A stretch of 32,000 nucleotides of DNA from Bryobacteraceae bacterium. Its GTDB lineage: Bacteria > Acidobacteriota > Terriglobia > Bryobacterales > Bryobacteraceae. The stretch covers positions 5,988-37,987 of the forward strand of contig JBEKMO010000037.1 of NCBI GenBank assembly GCA_050008465.1, given 5' to 3'. The notes below the pieces were generated by a model. It did not search any database, was not told where the DNA came from, and worked only from the letters and a program-made list of their open reading frames with translations. Below, piece by piece: positions 10,501 to 17,544 of this stretch (positions within the stretch are counted from its first letter, which is position 1; each line of letters opens with the position of its first letter). A program made the position numbers and the translations under genes.

Positions 10501-11074
10501 CGGCAGCATCGAGGTGGTGAACTATAGCGGCGGCAACGCGCGCGGTCTCACCGCCCGGGCCGAGCTGCTGAACATGGACGGCACGGTGAAGTGGGCGAAG
10601 ATGGTGTCCCTGGACAGCGCGGAGGACAGCGTGGCGTCGTGCATCCCGATGGAATTCCCGTCCGGGCTGACGCCCGTGCATTTCCTCCGCCTGAAGCTGA
10701 CTCGCGGCGGCGAGATCGTGTCGGAGAACTTCTACCTGCGCGGGCTGGAGGAAGGCAACTTCCGGGCGATTCGCGAGCTCCCCAAGGTGAAGCTGGAAGC
10801 CGCGACCGCCGTCCAACGCCAAGGCCAGCGCTGGCTCCTGACGACCGAGCTGCGCAACGTTTCCACCGCCCCGGCCCTCATGGTGAAGCTGAAGGCGGTG
10901 CGCGAGAAGAGCCGGGACCGCATCCTCCCCGCGCTCTACAGCGACAACTACGTGGCCCTGATGCCCGGCGAGCGCCGCACCATCACGACGCAACTCGACG
11001 ATGCGGACACCCGGGCCGAGAAGCCCCAGATCCTGGTTGAGGGCTTCAACACCGGCGACGTGGCATACAAATAG
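7559..11074 (+). CDS. Glycoside hydrolase family 2 (beta-mannosidase / exo-beta-glucosaminidase-like) with two N-terminal F5/8 type C (discoidin) domains
   Basis: 1171-aa ORF. Its start overlaps the kinase stop (TAATG). Signal-like N-terminus. Discoidin signatures: WVQIELGG...FYRVEF and EEWVYVDLGAVCTFDRVKLYW...GRYVRLLM...LSEMEVYG. GH2 sugar-binding region: LNFDGINWKADVFLNGEKLG. Candidate acid/base in YCGRNEGNPP and candidate nucleophile in HSELGMPN. Confidence 0.88.
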   Translation: MAKWTLLLSLMAIAMLSAQDYTRGVGVYPGNPKEDFSPAMVVDETTYRNLALRRPAYHSSSYDYNLTAQLVTDGIRETKLPQWVAVSTSQPATLKKNEREYLLDRNPMTVVNLSGPSAWVQIELGGGATEHEVDRVDVQARVDARSDRPEGWTCVVSGSDDGQTWEEVGRATGTDRPGREFKPSVALSLPSHSRFYRVEFQAASAVMWRLREVTLYGQGRRLELGGPYNFSSAWMSAGSGEEWVYVDLGAVCTFDRVKLYWIRRAAEASLEVSDDAAAWKTIQPLPPAATAMTDDVQLAAPAKGRYVRLLMKRPASPEGYVLSEMEVYGRGGPVPRPKPAPAVRADGRLDLAGGAWRIQRDSQVQASGEALAKPGFQDGDWLVATVPGTVLASYYNVGAVPDPNYGDNQLMISDTFFQADFWYRNEFVAPPARAGERLWLNFDGINWKADVFLNGEKLGRIEGGFIRGRFDVTGRLRPGQSNALAVRIEKNATPGSIKEKTLDSPDKNGGALGADNPTYHASVGWDWIPTIRGRNTGIWNDVYLSRSGPVTIENPFVTSTLPLPDTSRADVSVEVTLRNHEPRAVKGTLRGRFGDVAFSAPVTLDAGAAKTVKLDPSTHPALRLQKPMLWWPVGYGEPNLYPVELKFETGGRKLSDAKSFQAGVRQFTYSEEGGVLKIWINGRRLVPRGGNWGFGESMLRYRGREYDVAVRYHRDMYFTMIRNWVGQVGDDEFYEACDRHGVVVWQDFWLANPFDGPDPSDNDMFMRNVRDTVLRLRNHPSIGLYCGRNEGNPPKALDEGMKKTVVELHPGLHYIPHSAAVVVSGGGPYRAMPPKFYFQSRATPKLHSELGMPNIVTLDSLRAMMPEKAMWPQGAVWGLHDFCLRGAQGGASFREMIDKGYGGADNAADWVTLAQFVNYDGYRAMFEAQSRNRMGVLLWMSHPAWPSFVWQTYDYYFEPTAGYFGSKKGSEPLHIQWNQATGSIEVVNYSGGNARGLTARAELLNMDGTVKWAKMVSLDSAEDSVASCIPMEFPSGLTPVHFLRLKLTRGGEIVSENFYLRGLEEGNFRAIRELPKVKLEAATAVQRQGQRWLLTTELRNVSTAPALMVKLKAVREKSRDRILPALYSDNYVALMPGERRTITTQLDDADTRAEKPQILVEGFNTGDVAYK

Positions 11075-11107
11075 CGGACGCGGTCCGGTCAACGGTAGCC
11101 CCCGCGA

Positions 11108-11123
11108 ATACCAACACTGGTAT
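11108..11123. promoter_or_regulatory. Palindrome upstream of the DUF433 antitoxin gene; candidate TA autoregulation operator
   Basis: ATACCA-ACAC-TGGTAT is a perfect 6-bp inverted repeat. It lies 28 nt upstream of the antitoxin ATG (11151), just before the GAAAGGA Shine-Dalgarno. Confidence 0.35.
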
Positions 11124-11150
11124 CCTGAAGTTCGAAAGGATCGGCACGCC

Positions 11151-11393
11151 ATGAACCCGCTCTTGAGCAGGATCTCAGTCGACCCCAACGTCTGCTTCGG
11201 CAAACCGTGCGTTCGCGGCACGCGGATTTGGGTCTCCTTGTTGCTGGACTTCCTGGCTTCGGGAATGACCATGGATCAGATCCTGGAGGACTATCCGCAA
11301 CTGACCCGCGATGACATCCTGGCGGCCATCGCCTATGGCGCCGAAATGAGTCGAGGCCGGTTTGTCGATCTGCCCGGGCAGAGCGCGGCATGA
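11151..11393 (+). CDS. DUF433-family antitoxin-like protein
   Basis: MNPLLSRISVDPNVCFGKPCVRGTRIWVSLLLDFLASGMTMDQILEDYPQLTRDDILAAIAYGAE is the canonical DUF433 pattern. I chose M51 of the 11001 track ORF as the start. It is preceded by GAAAGGA, whereas the longer ORF overlaps the GH2 3' end. Confidence 0.85.
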   Translation: MNPLLSRISVDPNVCFGKPCVRGTRIWVSLLLDFLASGMTMDQILEDYPQLTRDDILAAIAYGAEMSRGRFVDLPGQSAA

Positions 11394-11773
11394 AGTTCAA
11401 GCTTGATGAGAACCTCGGTTCCCGGACTGCGGGGATCATTGCCGAGTCCGGGCACGATGTGGAAACCACCGCGCAGGAGAAGCTAAGCGGAACCAGCGAC
11501 GCGCGCCTGTTCGAGGTCTGCATCGCGGAGCGCCGCTGCCTGATTTCGTTGGACCTCGACTTCGCCGACGTGCTTCGATTCCCGCCGCACAATGCGCCCG
11601 GCATAGCTGTGTTGCGCCTGCCGCGAGTAGCGTCTCCGGACCTGTTGACGGGCTTGGTTCGGAGCCTGCTTGCGGCTCTTCAGACCGCATCGATTGACGG
11701 CCAGCTCTGGGTCGTCGAAGCGGGCCGCATTCGCGTCTACGAGGAGCCGGGGGCGGTCGAAGGAGGACAGTGA
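11390..11773 (+). CDS. DUF5615-family PIN-like (Mut7-C-like) putative toxin
   Basis: 127-aa ORF. MKFKLDENLGSRTAGIIAESGHDVETT...ERRCLISLDLDFADV fits the DUF5615 pattern. 4-nt ATGA overlap with the DUF433 gene. Confidence 0.8.
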   Translation: MKFKLDENLGSRTAGIIAESGHDVETTAQEKLSGTSDARLFEVCIAERRCLISLDLDFADVLRFPPHNAPGIAVLRLPRVASPDLLTGLVRSLLAALQTASIDGQLWVVEAGRIRVYEEPGAVEGGQ

Positions 11774-11969
11774 GGCCCGCGGAAGCGATAAACTTGCGCG
11801 AAGACGTTCCGTCTGTCCCCGGGTGTCGCACAGAGCTTGAGTGCGATTGCACGATCGTCAGAGTTGTCGACCGCCGCCGCTCCAATTCCTAGGCAAACTT
11901 GGGCGCCTAACGCTACACCCCAGCTGCGCCACCGAGTGAACGCGAGGTGGCGTCCGTTGCAGGCGCAGG

Positions 11970-12740
11970 TCAGGTTGGCGTTTCTCCGGCTGGACAGACG
12001 CTGCTGAGACAGCAGTGCCCACAATCTGGCTTCTTCGGGTGACACCATGTCCGGCCCACATCCCAGGCAGCAAGATCAAAGATCCCCGGGTAATCCGGAT
12101 TCATCGCACGGGCGGTATACGAGAGTTCCTGATCAGAGGCCTTATCGCGAATGAGCCCGAGCCTGGTGAAGACCCGTCGCACCTGCACGTCGGGAGAGAT
12201 ATCGATCGAGTATTTGTCGCTGACTGGCACATGGAAGTCCCGGACAAGAATGTTCGCGGCCATCGTGGCAATCTTAGGCCCCGCGCCTTGGAATCCGAGG
12301 AACCGGAGAACAAGCAGAGCGCTGCTTGGGCAGTCGGACCAGATTCGCGAGGCGTCGCCGCAATACTCGCCCCGTATGTGGTGAATGGCCGCGTAGGCGT
12401 TCTTTGCCATCACCTCGGGGAAGCGGTGCAGCGGCGGCTGATCGGAGAATGCGGCTAGGAACCGCTCGACTGGCAGCTCCGCAAGGTAGCAGAAATCGAA
12501 GCGCCCGAGGCGCTGTCGTAGTGAATAGGGGATGAGCCAGGCACGCTCAGCGTTAATCTGGCGGTCCATAACACAGGCCAGGACGAACGCGTGCGGGTGG
12601 CCCTGCAAGTCGTTGAGAAGATCCTCTGATGCCGAGTTGCCAGTATTGAAAGCGACCTTCTGACCAACCGAAATCGCAAGTTGTTGCCAGCGATGGAGGA
12701 GCTCTCTGCGGATCGCTTCGTTCACTGACACGGACAGCAT
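11970..12740 (-). CDS. HhH-GPD superfamily (endonuclease III-like) protein with [4Fe-4S] cluster loop
   Basis: 256-aa ORF. Helix-hairpin-helix segment FQGAGPKIATMAANILV. Asp-containing segment SPDVQVRRVFTRLGL. C-terminal CHPKKPDCGHCCLSSVC fits the EndoIII cluster spacing C-x6-C-x2-C-x5-C. Confidence 0.8.
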   Translation of the reverse strand: MLSVSVNEAIRRELLHRWQQLAISVGQKVAFNTGNSASEDLLNDLQGHPHAFVLACVMDRQINAERAWLIPYSLRQRLGRFDFCYLAELPVERFLAAFSDQPPLHRFPEVMAKNAYAAIHHIRGEYCGDASRIWSDCPSSALLVLRFLGFQGAGPKIATMAANILVRDFHVPVSDKYSIDISPDVQVRRVFTRLGLIRDKASDQELSYTARAMNPDYPGIFDLAAWDVGRTWCHPKKPDCGHCCLSSVCPAGETPT

Positions 12741-12928
12741 TCATCATGCCCCCGCTCAGCCCATAAGTCAACGGCAGAGCACCGCTCAGTGCCTCGCCTG
12801 CTTGCCAAACTGTTTCCGCGCCCCTCATTCAGGGCAAGTGCTTTGCCGCCACCAAGGAAGTTGGGGTTGCTCATCTCCAGGGGGACGAGCGTTTTTGGCG
12901 TAGAGCCTCGAGTTGCCCTATTTTGGCC

Positions 12929-12956
12929 GGGGCGGCCACATTCGAACTGCCGCCCC
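12929..12956. other. GC-rich stem-loop in a 381-bp intergenic region
   Basis: GGGGCGGC (12929-12936) pairs perfectly with GCCGCCCC (12949-12956). The 12-nt loop is CACATTCGAACT. No U-tract follows on either strand. Confidence 0.3.
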
Positions 12957-13121
12957 CCTGCGCCCAAGACATTGGACCGCCTTCCAGGTGTTGAAGTTGC
13001 TGAATGTTGGGAGGAATCGCTGTCTACAGGCGATTTCACGGTCAAAGGAGAACGGTCGTGAGCCATTGAAAAGGGTGCGGATCGACGGGAGTAGAAGCCG
13101 GGGTCTTCGCAAGCCCTCAGC

Positions 13122-15803
13122 TCACTCAATCGTCACGGCGACGCTGTTGGAAATCACGCCGCCGATCTGCAATTGCAGCGGAAGGTCCTTGCCAGTGGGC
13201 GCGTCGACCGGCACCTGCACGTTGACCTGATAGAGGCCGATCAAGGTGGGGGTCAGGCCCGAATAGGTGACGCGCGCTCGCGCGCCGCCAATCGTGACGG
13301 CCGGGGTCAGCAGCGTCTCCGCGAGGGGCGAGAGCGGACTTCGCTCGCCCGTCGTGGGCCGGTTCGAAACAGGTCCCAGCCCGTTGCAGTAGATGGTCAG
13401 GTAGTCCCCACGCTTTGCGCTCGCCGGGACCACCACGAAGATGCCCGGAGAGTAAGTCGCGAGCGGCACATCGATGGCGTTGCCGTTTGAGGTGGCCAGT
13501 TGCGCCGACGTCCGCCCCGCCAATTCCCATGGCACCTCGGCATTGATCTGCCCCTGCGAGCTGTACAGGATAGGCACGTCGTAATCGCCCATCCGCAGCG
13601 TCGCGCCGTCGAGGTTGACTCCGAAGATGGCGATGAGACTGCCGGGAGCGACTGGCGCGCCGGCCGCGAAGCTCGCGGCGTTGACCGCGCCGCCGGGATA
13701 CACTGCGGGCGGCTGGAAGGTCAACCGCGTCCGCGCCACCACCAGATTCGCCGCGCGCGCCTGCTCGACCAGGTCGTACTTCGGCCGGTCGCCGACATCC
13801 ACCATCCCGAACGCGTAGTTCTCGCCGTAAACAGGGTCCGATCCCTGTCCGGGCCCCCGCCCGCTTACCGGCTCGTCGCGATACTGGAACCAGCCCACGC
13901 CGATACACCAGGGGTTCCGCGCCGCGGCATCCATCCACCTGGCGTATTTCGAGCCGCTCTCCGCGTCATCGGCCGCGCTGACCCCGTACCGGCGGAACCC
14001 GCGCTGAAGACCATAATCCGCCGGAAACGAGAACTCGCCCAGCAGAATCGGCTTCGCGGTCTCGCGGATGAGGCGATCGAGATAGGGTTCGACGAACAGG
14101 TCGCTGTACCGGTCGTAGCCGATGGCGTCGCAATACGGCGCGATCAGGCGCCAGTCGTTTTCGTTTTCCCACCAGCCCGGCGTGATCCAGAAACCAAAAT
14201 ACAGGTGGTTCGGATCGAGGTCCTTCACCGTCTGGTAGATGAAACCGTAGTAGGCGCGGGCATAGAACTGGCGGAGGTGTTCCAGGTCCGCCGAGGGTGG
14301 CGCCGCGTTGGTGGCCGCGTACAGGCCGTTCCTCGTCGTCGCACTGACGCCCCACGCCCGGGCCATCGCCGCGACGTCGCCCGCGTAAATGCTGGCCAGC
14401 GCTTCATCGACGAACGCCCGTTTCGCCGCCACCGCCGGGGACATGCCCAGAATGGCGCTGGTCTCGGCAGTCGTGATGACCTCGTCGTATTCGTTCCCCA
14501 GCGACCAGCCCACCACGAAGGGATCCGTGCGGCGCGGGTTGATCTGGTTGGCGAGATCCGCGCGAAAAGTCACCTGAACGCTCGCATCGAACACGTCCGG
14601 GTGGCGGGAGAGAGACGGGGTGTTCGAACGGCCGAGAACCGGAATGATCGGGACGCTGTTTATGAAGTCGCCCCACTTCCCGATGCCCGAAAAGCCCCAC
14701 GCCTTCATCCGGCGGACCAGCAGATCCTGCTCGGTGGCCCTCCAATTGTCCCCGTACTTGCGGATCATGTTCACGGTGTTCAACGAGATGTCTACTGTTC
14801 CGTCGTTCTGGCCCCAGGAGTTGAGCCCCCAGGCCTCGCTGTATGCGCCGGTAGCCGGCAACTCGGCGAACATCGCCTCCCGGCCGGTTACGGGCGTGCG
14901 ATCCCAGGTGAGCGCCGGCGCGGTGTCCAGGCCGATGTAGAAACACGGATTGCCCTCCGGCGTGACCAGCCAGTACATGCCGTTGCGCTGCGTGATCCGG
15001 TAGAAGCCCGTGCCCTGCTCCTTCCACGGCGCGTCGAGTACTCCTCCATAAGCGTCGTAGCCAGAGGGCGCGCCCCAGGCCTCGAGTTTCGTCTGCTCGA
15101 GGGCCGTGGCGGCGGCGAGGTCGGAGTCGCTTCGGATCTTGGCTGGCCAATCGGCCGCTCGCGCCTGGCCGTAGCGGTCGATCATCGGGTAATAGTCGCT
15201 TGGACTCGCGGCCGCCAGCAGTCGAAAGGTCGTTGTAACCGTCCAGGTCTCGGTGGCCGAGGCGTTCCAGGCGAGCGATGCTCCGTTCACACCCCCTGCC
15301 AGCATCATGATCGGAGGGGAGAGCTGCGCCGCGGTGAAATTGATGCTGGCAGCGAGGCCGTCTGTGGACTCGAGTTTGACCCCGGTCTGGAGCGTTTGGT
15401 AGGCCGTGGCGGCGTTGGCCCAACTCGGCACGGTATTCGCCCAGACGGCCTGCCCTGTCTTCGGCGTAAACGTGCCCTCGCTGCGGCCAAGTAACTGCTC
15501 GTTCAGCCAAAGCTCAAAGTGGTCCGGTGCGATGACGGCCGTCGCGGTGTAGTCCTGATTCAGTTGCCAGTTCGGGGTTTGAACGATGAAGTGCCAGGCC
15601 CCGCCGTCGGCGACTCCCAGGGCGATTTTGAGCGAAGCAAGCGGGCACGGGGCGGAACTCGAAGACGAGTTCTCGAGATCCAGGTAGAAGCCGAGCTTGT
15701 TGTTCCAGTCGGATTGATCCGCCAGGGTGAACCGGCAGTCCGCGCCCCACGCGGCTTCCGCGACGAGACCGGAGAGAAGAAGCTGAACCAGTGTCCTGCG
15801 CAC
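13122..15803 (-). CDS. Secreted clan GH-A-like (TIM-barrel) glycoside hydrolase with N-terminal beta-sandwich region and C-terminal TIGR03437 (Solibacter-type) domain
   Basis: 893-aa ORF with signal peptide MRRTLVQLLLSGLVAEAAWG. Candidate acid/base in VVGWSLGNEYDE and candidate nucleophile in ILLGEFSFPADYG. RMKAWGFSGIGKWGD resembles GH-A families. The C-terminal ~190 aa (GGAVNAASFAAGAPVAPGSLIAIFG...YSGLTPTLIGLYQVNVQVP...ISNSVAVTIE) match the TIGR03437 pattern. Confidence 0.85.
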   Translation of the reverse strand: MRRTLVQLLLSGLVAEAAWGADCRFTLADQSDWNNKLGFYLDLENSSSSSAPCPLASLKIALGVADGGAWHFIVQTPNWQLNQDYTATAVIAPDHFELWLNEQLLGRSEGTFTPKTGQAVWANTVPSWANAATAYQTLQTGVKLESTDGLAASINFTAAQLSPPIMMLAGGVNGASLAWNASATETWTVTTTFRLLAAASPSDYYPMIDRYGQARAADWPAKIRSDSDLAAATALEQTKLEAWGAPSGYDAYGGVLDAPWKEQGTGFYRITQRNGMYWLVTPEGNPCFYIGLDTAPALTWDRTPVTGREAMFAELPATGAYSEAWGLNSWGQNDGTVDISLNTVNMIRKYGDNWRATEQDLLVRRMKAWGFSGIGKWGDFINSVPIIPVLGRSNTPSLSRHPDVFDASVQVTFRADLANQINPRRTDPFVVGWSLGNEYDEVITTAETSAILGMSPAVAAKRAFVDEALASIYAGDVAAMARAWGVSATTRNGLYAATNAAPPSADLEHLRQFYARAYYGFIYQTVKDLDPNHLYFGFWITPGWWENENDWRLIAPYCDAIGYDRYSDLFVEPYLDRLIRETAKPILLGEFSFPADYGLQRGFRRYGVSAADDAESGSKYARWMDAAARNPWCIGVGWFQYRDEPVSGRGPGQGSDPVYGENYAFGMVDVGDRPKYDLVEQARAANLVVARTRLTFQPPAVYPGGAVNAASFAAGAPVAPGSLIAIFGVNLDGATLRMGDYDVPILYSSQGQINAEVPWELAGRTSAQLATSNGNAIDVPLATYSPGIFVVVPASAKRGDYLTIYCNGLGPVSNRPTTGERSPLSPLAETLLTPAVTIGGARARVTYSGLTPTLIGLYQVNVQVPVDAPTGKDLPLQLQIGGVISNSVAVTIE

Positions 15804-15825
15804 AGCTCAACACCGCCGCAGGAAG

Positions 15826-16155
15826 ATGATAGCGCACCTCGGACAGAGGTGCGTCGCCTCCGGATTGCCGGCCCTTCCTTACTCAGTCCGCAACGCGACC
15901 ATTGCCCTCATTCCACTGCGTTACTACCGGGCCGTCTACGCTATCGCTTCCGGTCTCGTGCTGTCGATGGTGGTCCTCTTGTGGCAGCCTTCCGGGGACC
16001 ATCTGCTCGTGCTTGGAGGCCTTGCCCACCGGGTAGCGCAAGGCGGATTGGTCCTGGCCATCGCGCTCTTCACATATACTCTGGACGGCCCGGATCTGCG
16101 TTGGAGCGAGGCCCGAGGAAGCGGATCTCGTGAGCGATTTCGGCGAGCCCTGTGA
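15826..16155 (+). pseudogene. Possible truncated membrane-protein gene remnant (weak)
   Basis: 109-aa ORF. A hydrophobic core (YRAVYAIASGLVLSMVVLLWQP...GGLVLAIALFTYTL) is followed by a charged, non-membrane tail. From memory only, it vaguely resembles the N-terminal half of NnrU/ICMT-like membrane proteins. The reading frame ends just before the hgcB 3' end. Confidence 0.25.
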
Positions 16156-16225
16156 CGGCTACCGCCGCAAGGTCCCCATGCTCGTCCCGTGGCGCGGCCC
16201 GGCGGCGCTGTAATCGCCGCGGATC

Positions 16226-16504
16226 TCATCCGCAATTGCACGCGTCCGCGCATCCCGCGTTCTTAGCGCGCATCGCGCTGATGATCGCCGCCGCGCAGCC
16301 TACGCCGGAAGAGACCTGTACGGCGCCTAAGGGACAGTTCATCCGGCAGGCCCCGCACTCCATGCAGTTCCCGCGGTGCGCGATGAGCGCCTTCCGGCTG
16401 ACAATCGAGAAGACAGCATGAGGGCAGACCTCCTCGCACCGGCCACAGCCGTTGCAGAACGCTGGATCGACGACCAGTGAATGACCGTTCAAGATGTATT
16501 GCAT
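16226..16504 (-). CDS. hgcB: HgcB, mercury-methylation 2x[4Fe-4S] ferredoxin
   Basis: 92-aa ORF. Two CX2CX2CX3CP motifs (CNGCGRCEEVCP and CMECGACRMNCP). A conserved mid-tail Cys (GVGCAAAI) and a Cys-rich C-terminus (GCADACNCG). Strong AGGAGGAG Shine-Dalgarno in the 16-nt gap after hgcA. Confidence 0.9.
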   Translation of the reverse strand: MQYILNGHSLVVDPAFCNGCGRCEEVCPHAVFSIVSRKALIAHRGNCMECGACRMNCPLGAVQVSSGVGCAAAIISAMRAKNAGCADACNCG

Positions 16505-16520
16505 GTGCTCCTCCTGCCGC

Positions 16521-17543
16521 CTAAACGAAAGCCGCTGCCACGCGCAGGATCGCTCCCACGCCGGCCGCGACCAGGATCGGCGCTAACGCCCGCCGGACTT
16601 CGAGTCGGGCCCCCGCGTTGGTGGTGAACGTCGTAGCCCCCGTGAAGTTCAGAGCCATATAGGACGTGATCGCCGTGATGAGAAGCGCCGCGCCGGCCGC
16701 TTCGACAGTCCCCGTGGGCAACCACAGCGCCGAGGCCGCGGCCCACAGCGCCCCCGCAACCGCGCCCTTGACCGAAAATGCCCGGGACGGAAGCCAGGGA
16801 AGCAGCAACGGAACCAGGACGCCTCCCGTCAGAATGGCTCCGAGGAAGCGCACGATATCGGCGGCCAGGTGCGGGGTCAGTTCCCGATGGCGGACCAGGT
16901 CGAGCACGACCAGGGCCGCCAGGATGCCCAGCGCCGGCTTCCAGGCGCCGACGAGTTCCATGGGAGCGACAATCAGCCGCTCCTTCCAGCCGAAGCTCAC
17001 CAGACGCATGGCCGGTGTGGCGCGCATGCCGGCGGCGAGGTACGCGGGGATATCGCGGGCCCGAACGGGGCCGTAGCTGACCGAAAAGGCCGTCGCGCGC
17101 TTCACCTCGTGCGCGGCCACTCCCACCGCTCCAAGCTGCGGGAGGACGAGACGGCGGTGCTCCACCATCCGGGCCAGGCCCGTGGCCTCGATGCGGCGGA
17201 CAAGCTCCTCGGTGCCAAACGTCCCCTTCCCGGCGGCGCACCAGACGTTCACACCGTTCGTGTCCAGAACCAGGAGCCACACGTTCAGGCCAACCAGCCA
17301 GCGGCGTACCGCGTCGACCGTCAGCTTGTAGTTGGCCGTCACCAGGACCGGGGATTTCGAATCCGGCTGCCCGATCCGGTACAATCCCGGAGCGATCCGA
17401 TAACTCATCCGGCCGATCCCCCAGCGCACGCGCCATCCACCGAGCACGTCCCGCCAGGTGAGCTTGGTGTTGAGCGTCGCCGGCGTCGCCGGCTGCACCT
17501 GGGTCACCGCGCCACACCCGCATCCGCAGCCACTCTTGCTCAT
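16521..17543 (-). CDS. hgcA: HgcA, mercury-methylation corrinoid protein (N-terminal corrinoid-binding domain + C-terminal membrane domain)
   Basis: 340-aa ORF. The diagnostic cap-helix motif NVWCAAGK (codons at 17226..17249) was verified by hand translation. Flanking sequence fits HgcA: PVLVTANYKLTVDAVRRWL...LLVLDTNGVNVWCAAGKGTFGTEELVRRI. The C-terminal half has about 5 hydrophobic helices. AAGGAGG Shine-Dalgarno inside the marR 3' end. Confidence 0.93.
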   Translation of the reverse strand: MSKSGCGCGCGAVTQVQPATPATLNTKLTWRDVLGGWRVRWGIGRMSYRIAPGLYRIGQPDSKSPVLVTANYKLTVDAVRRWLVGLNVWLLVLDTNGVNVWCAAGKGTFGTEELVRRIEATGLARMVEHRRLVLPQLGAVGVAAHEVKRATAFSVSYGPVRARDIPAYLAAGMRATPAMRLVSFGWKERLIVAPMELVGAWKPALGILAALVVLDLVRHRELTPHLAADIVRFLGAILTGGVLVPLLLPWLPSRAFSVKGAVAGALWAAASALWLPTGTVEAAGAALLITAITSYMALNFTGATTFTTNAGARLEVRRALAPILVAAGVGAILRVAAAFV

Positions 17544-17544
17544 T

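Noticed and set aside
11075-11087. CGGAC-GCG-GTCCG hairpin after the GH2 stop as an intrinsic terminator. Small hairpins at 3074-3087 and 3102-3115 after the lipoprotein gene are similar
   Set aside because: The stems are only 5 bp with no U-tract. They are indistinguishable from chance in GC-rich DNA.
11001-11150. Upstream extension of the DUF433 ORF
   Set aside because: The extension overlaps the GH2 3' end and lacks DUF433 similarity. The internal ATG at 11151 has a GAAAGGA Shine-Dalgarno and yields the canonical ~80-aa protein.
12929-12956. TTCGAA-containing loop as a tRNA T-arm or tRNA-derived att site
   Set aside because: No 5-bp T-stem flanks a 7-nt TTCGAAT loop. No acceptor or anticodon arms could be built from the neighbouring sequence on either strand.
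13500-15494. 664-aa plus-strand ORF
   Set aside because: Antisense to the 893-aa secreted hydrolase, which has a signal peptide, catalytic motifs and the TIGR03437 tail. The translation is Arg/Pro/Gly-rich with no recognisable domain.
16152-16421. 89-aa plus-strand ORF
   Set aside because: Antisense to hgcB, whose two ferredoxin motifs are unambiguous.
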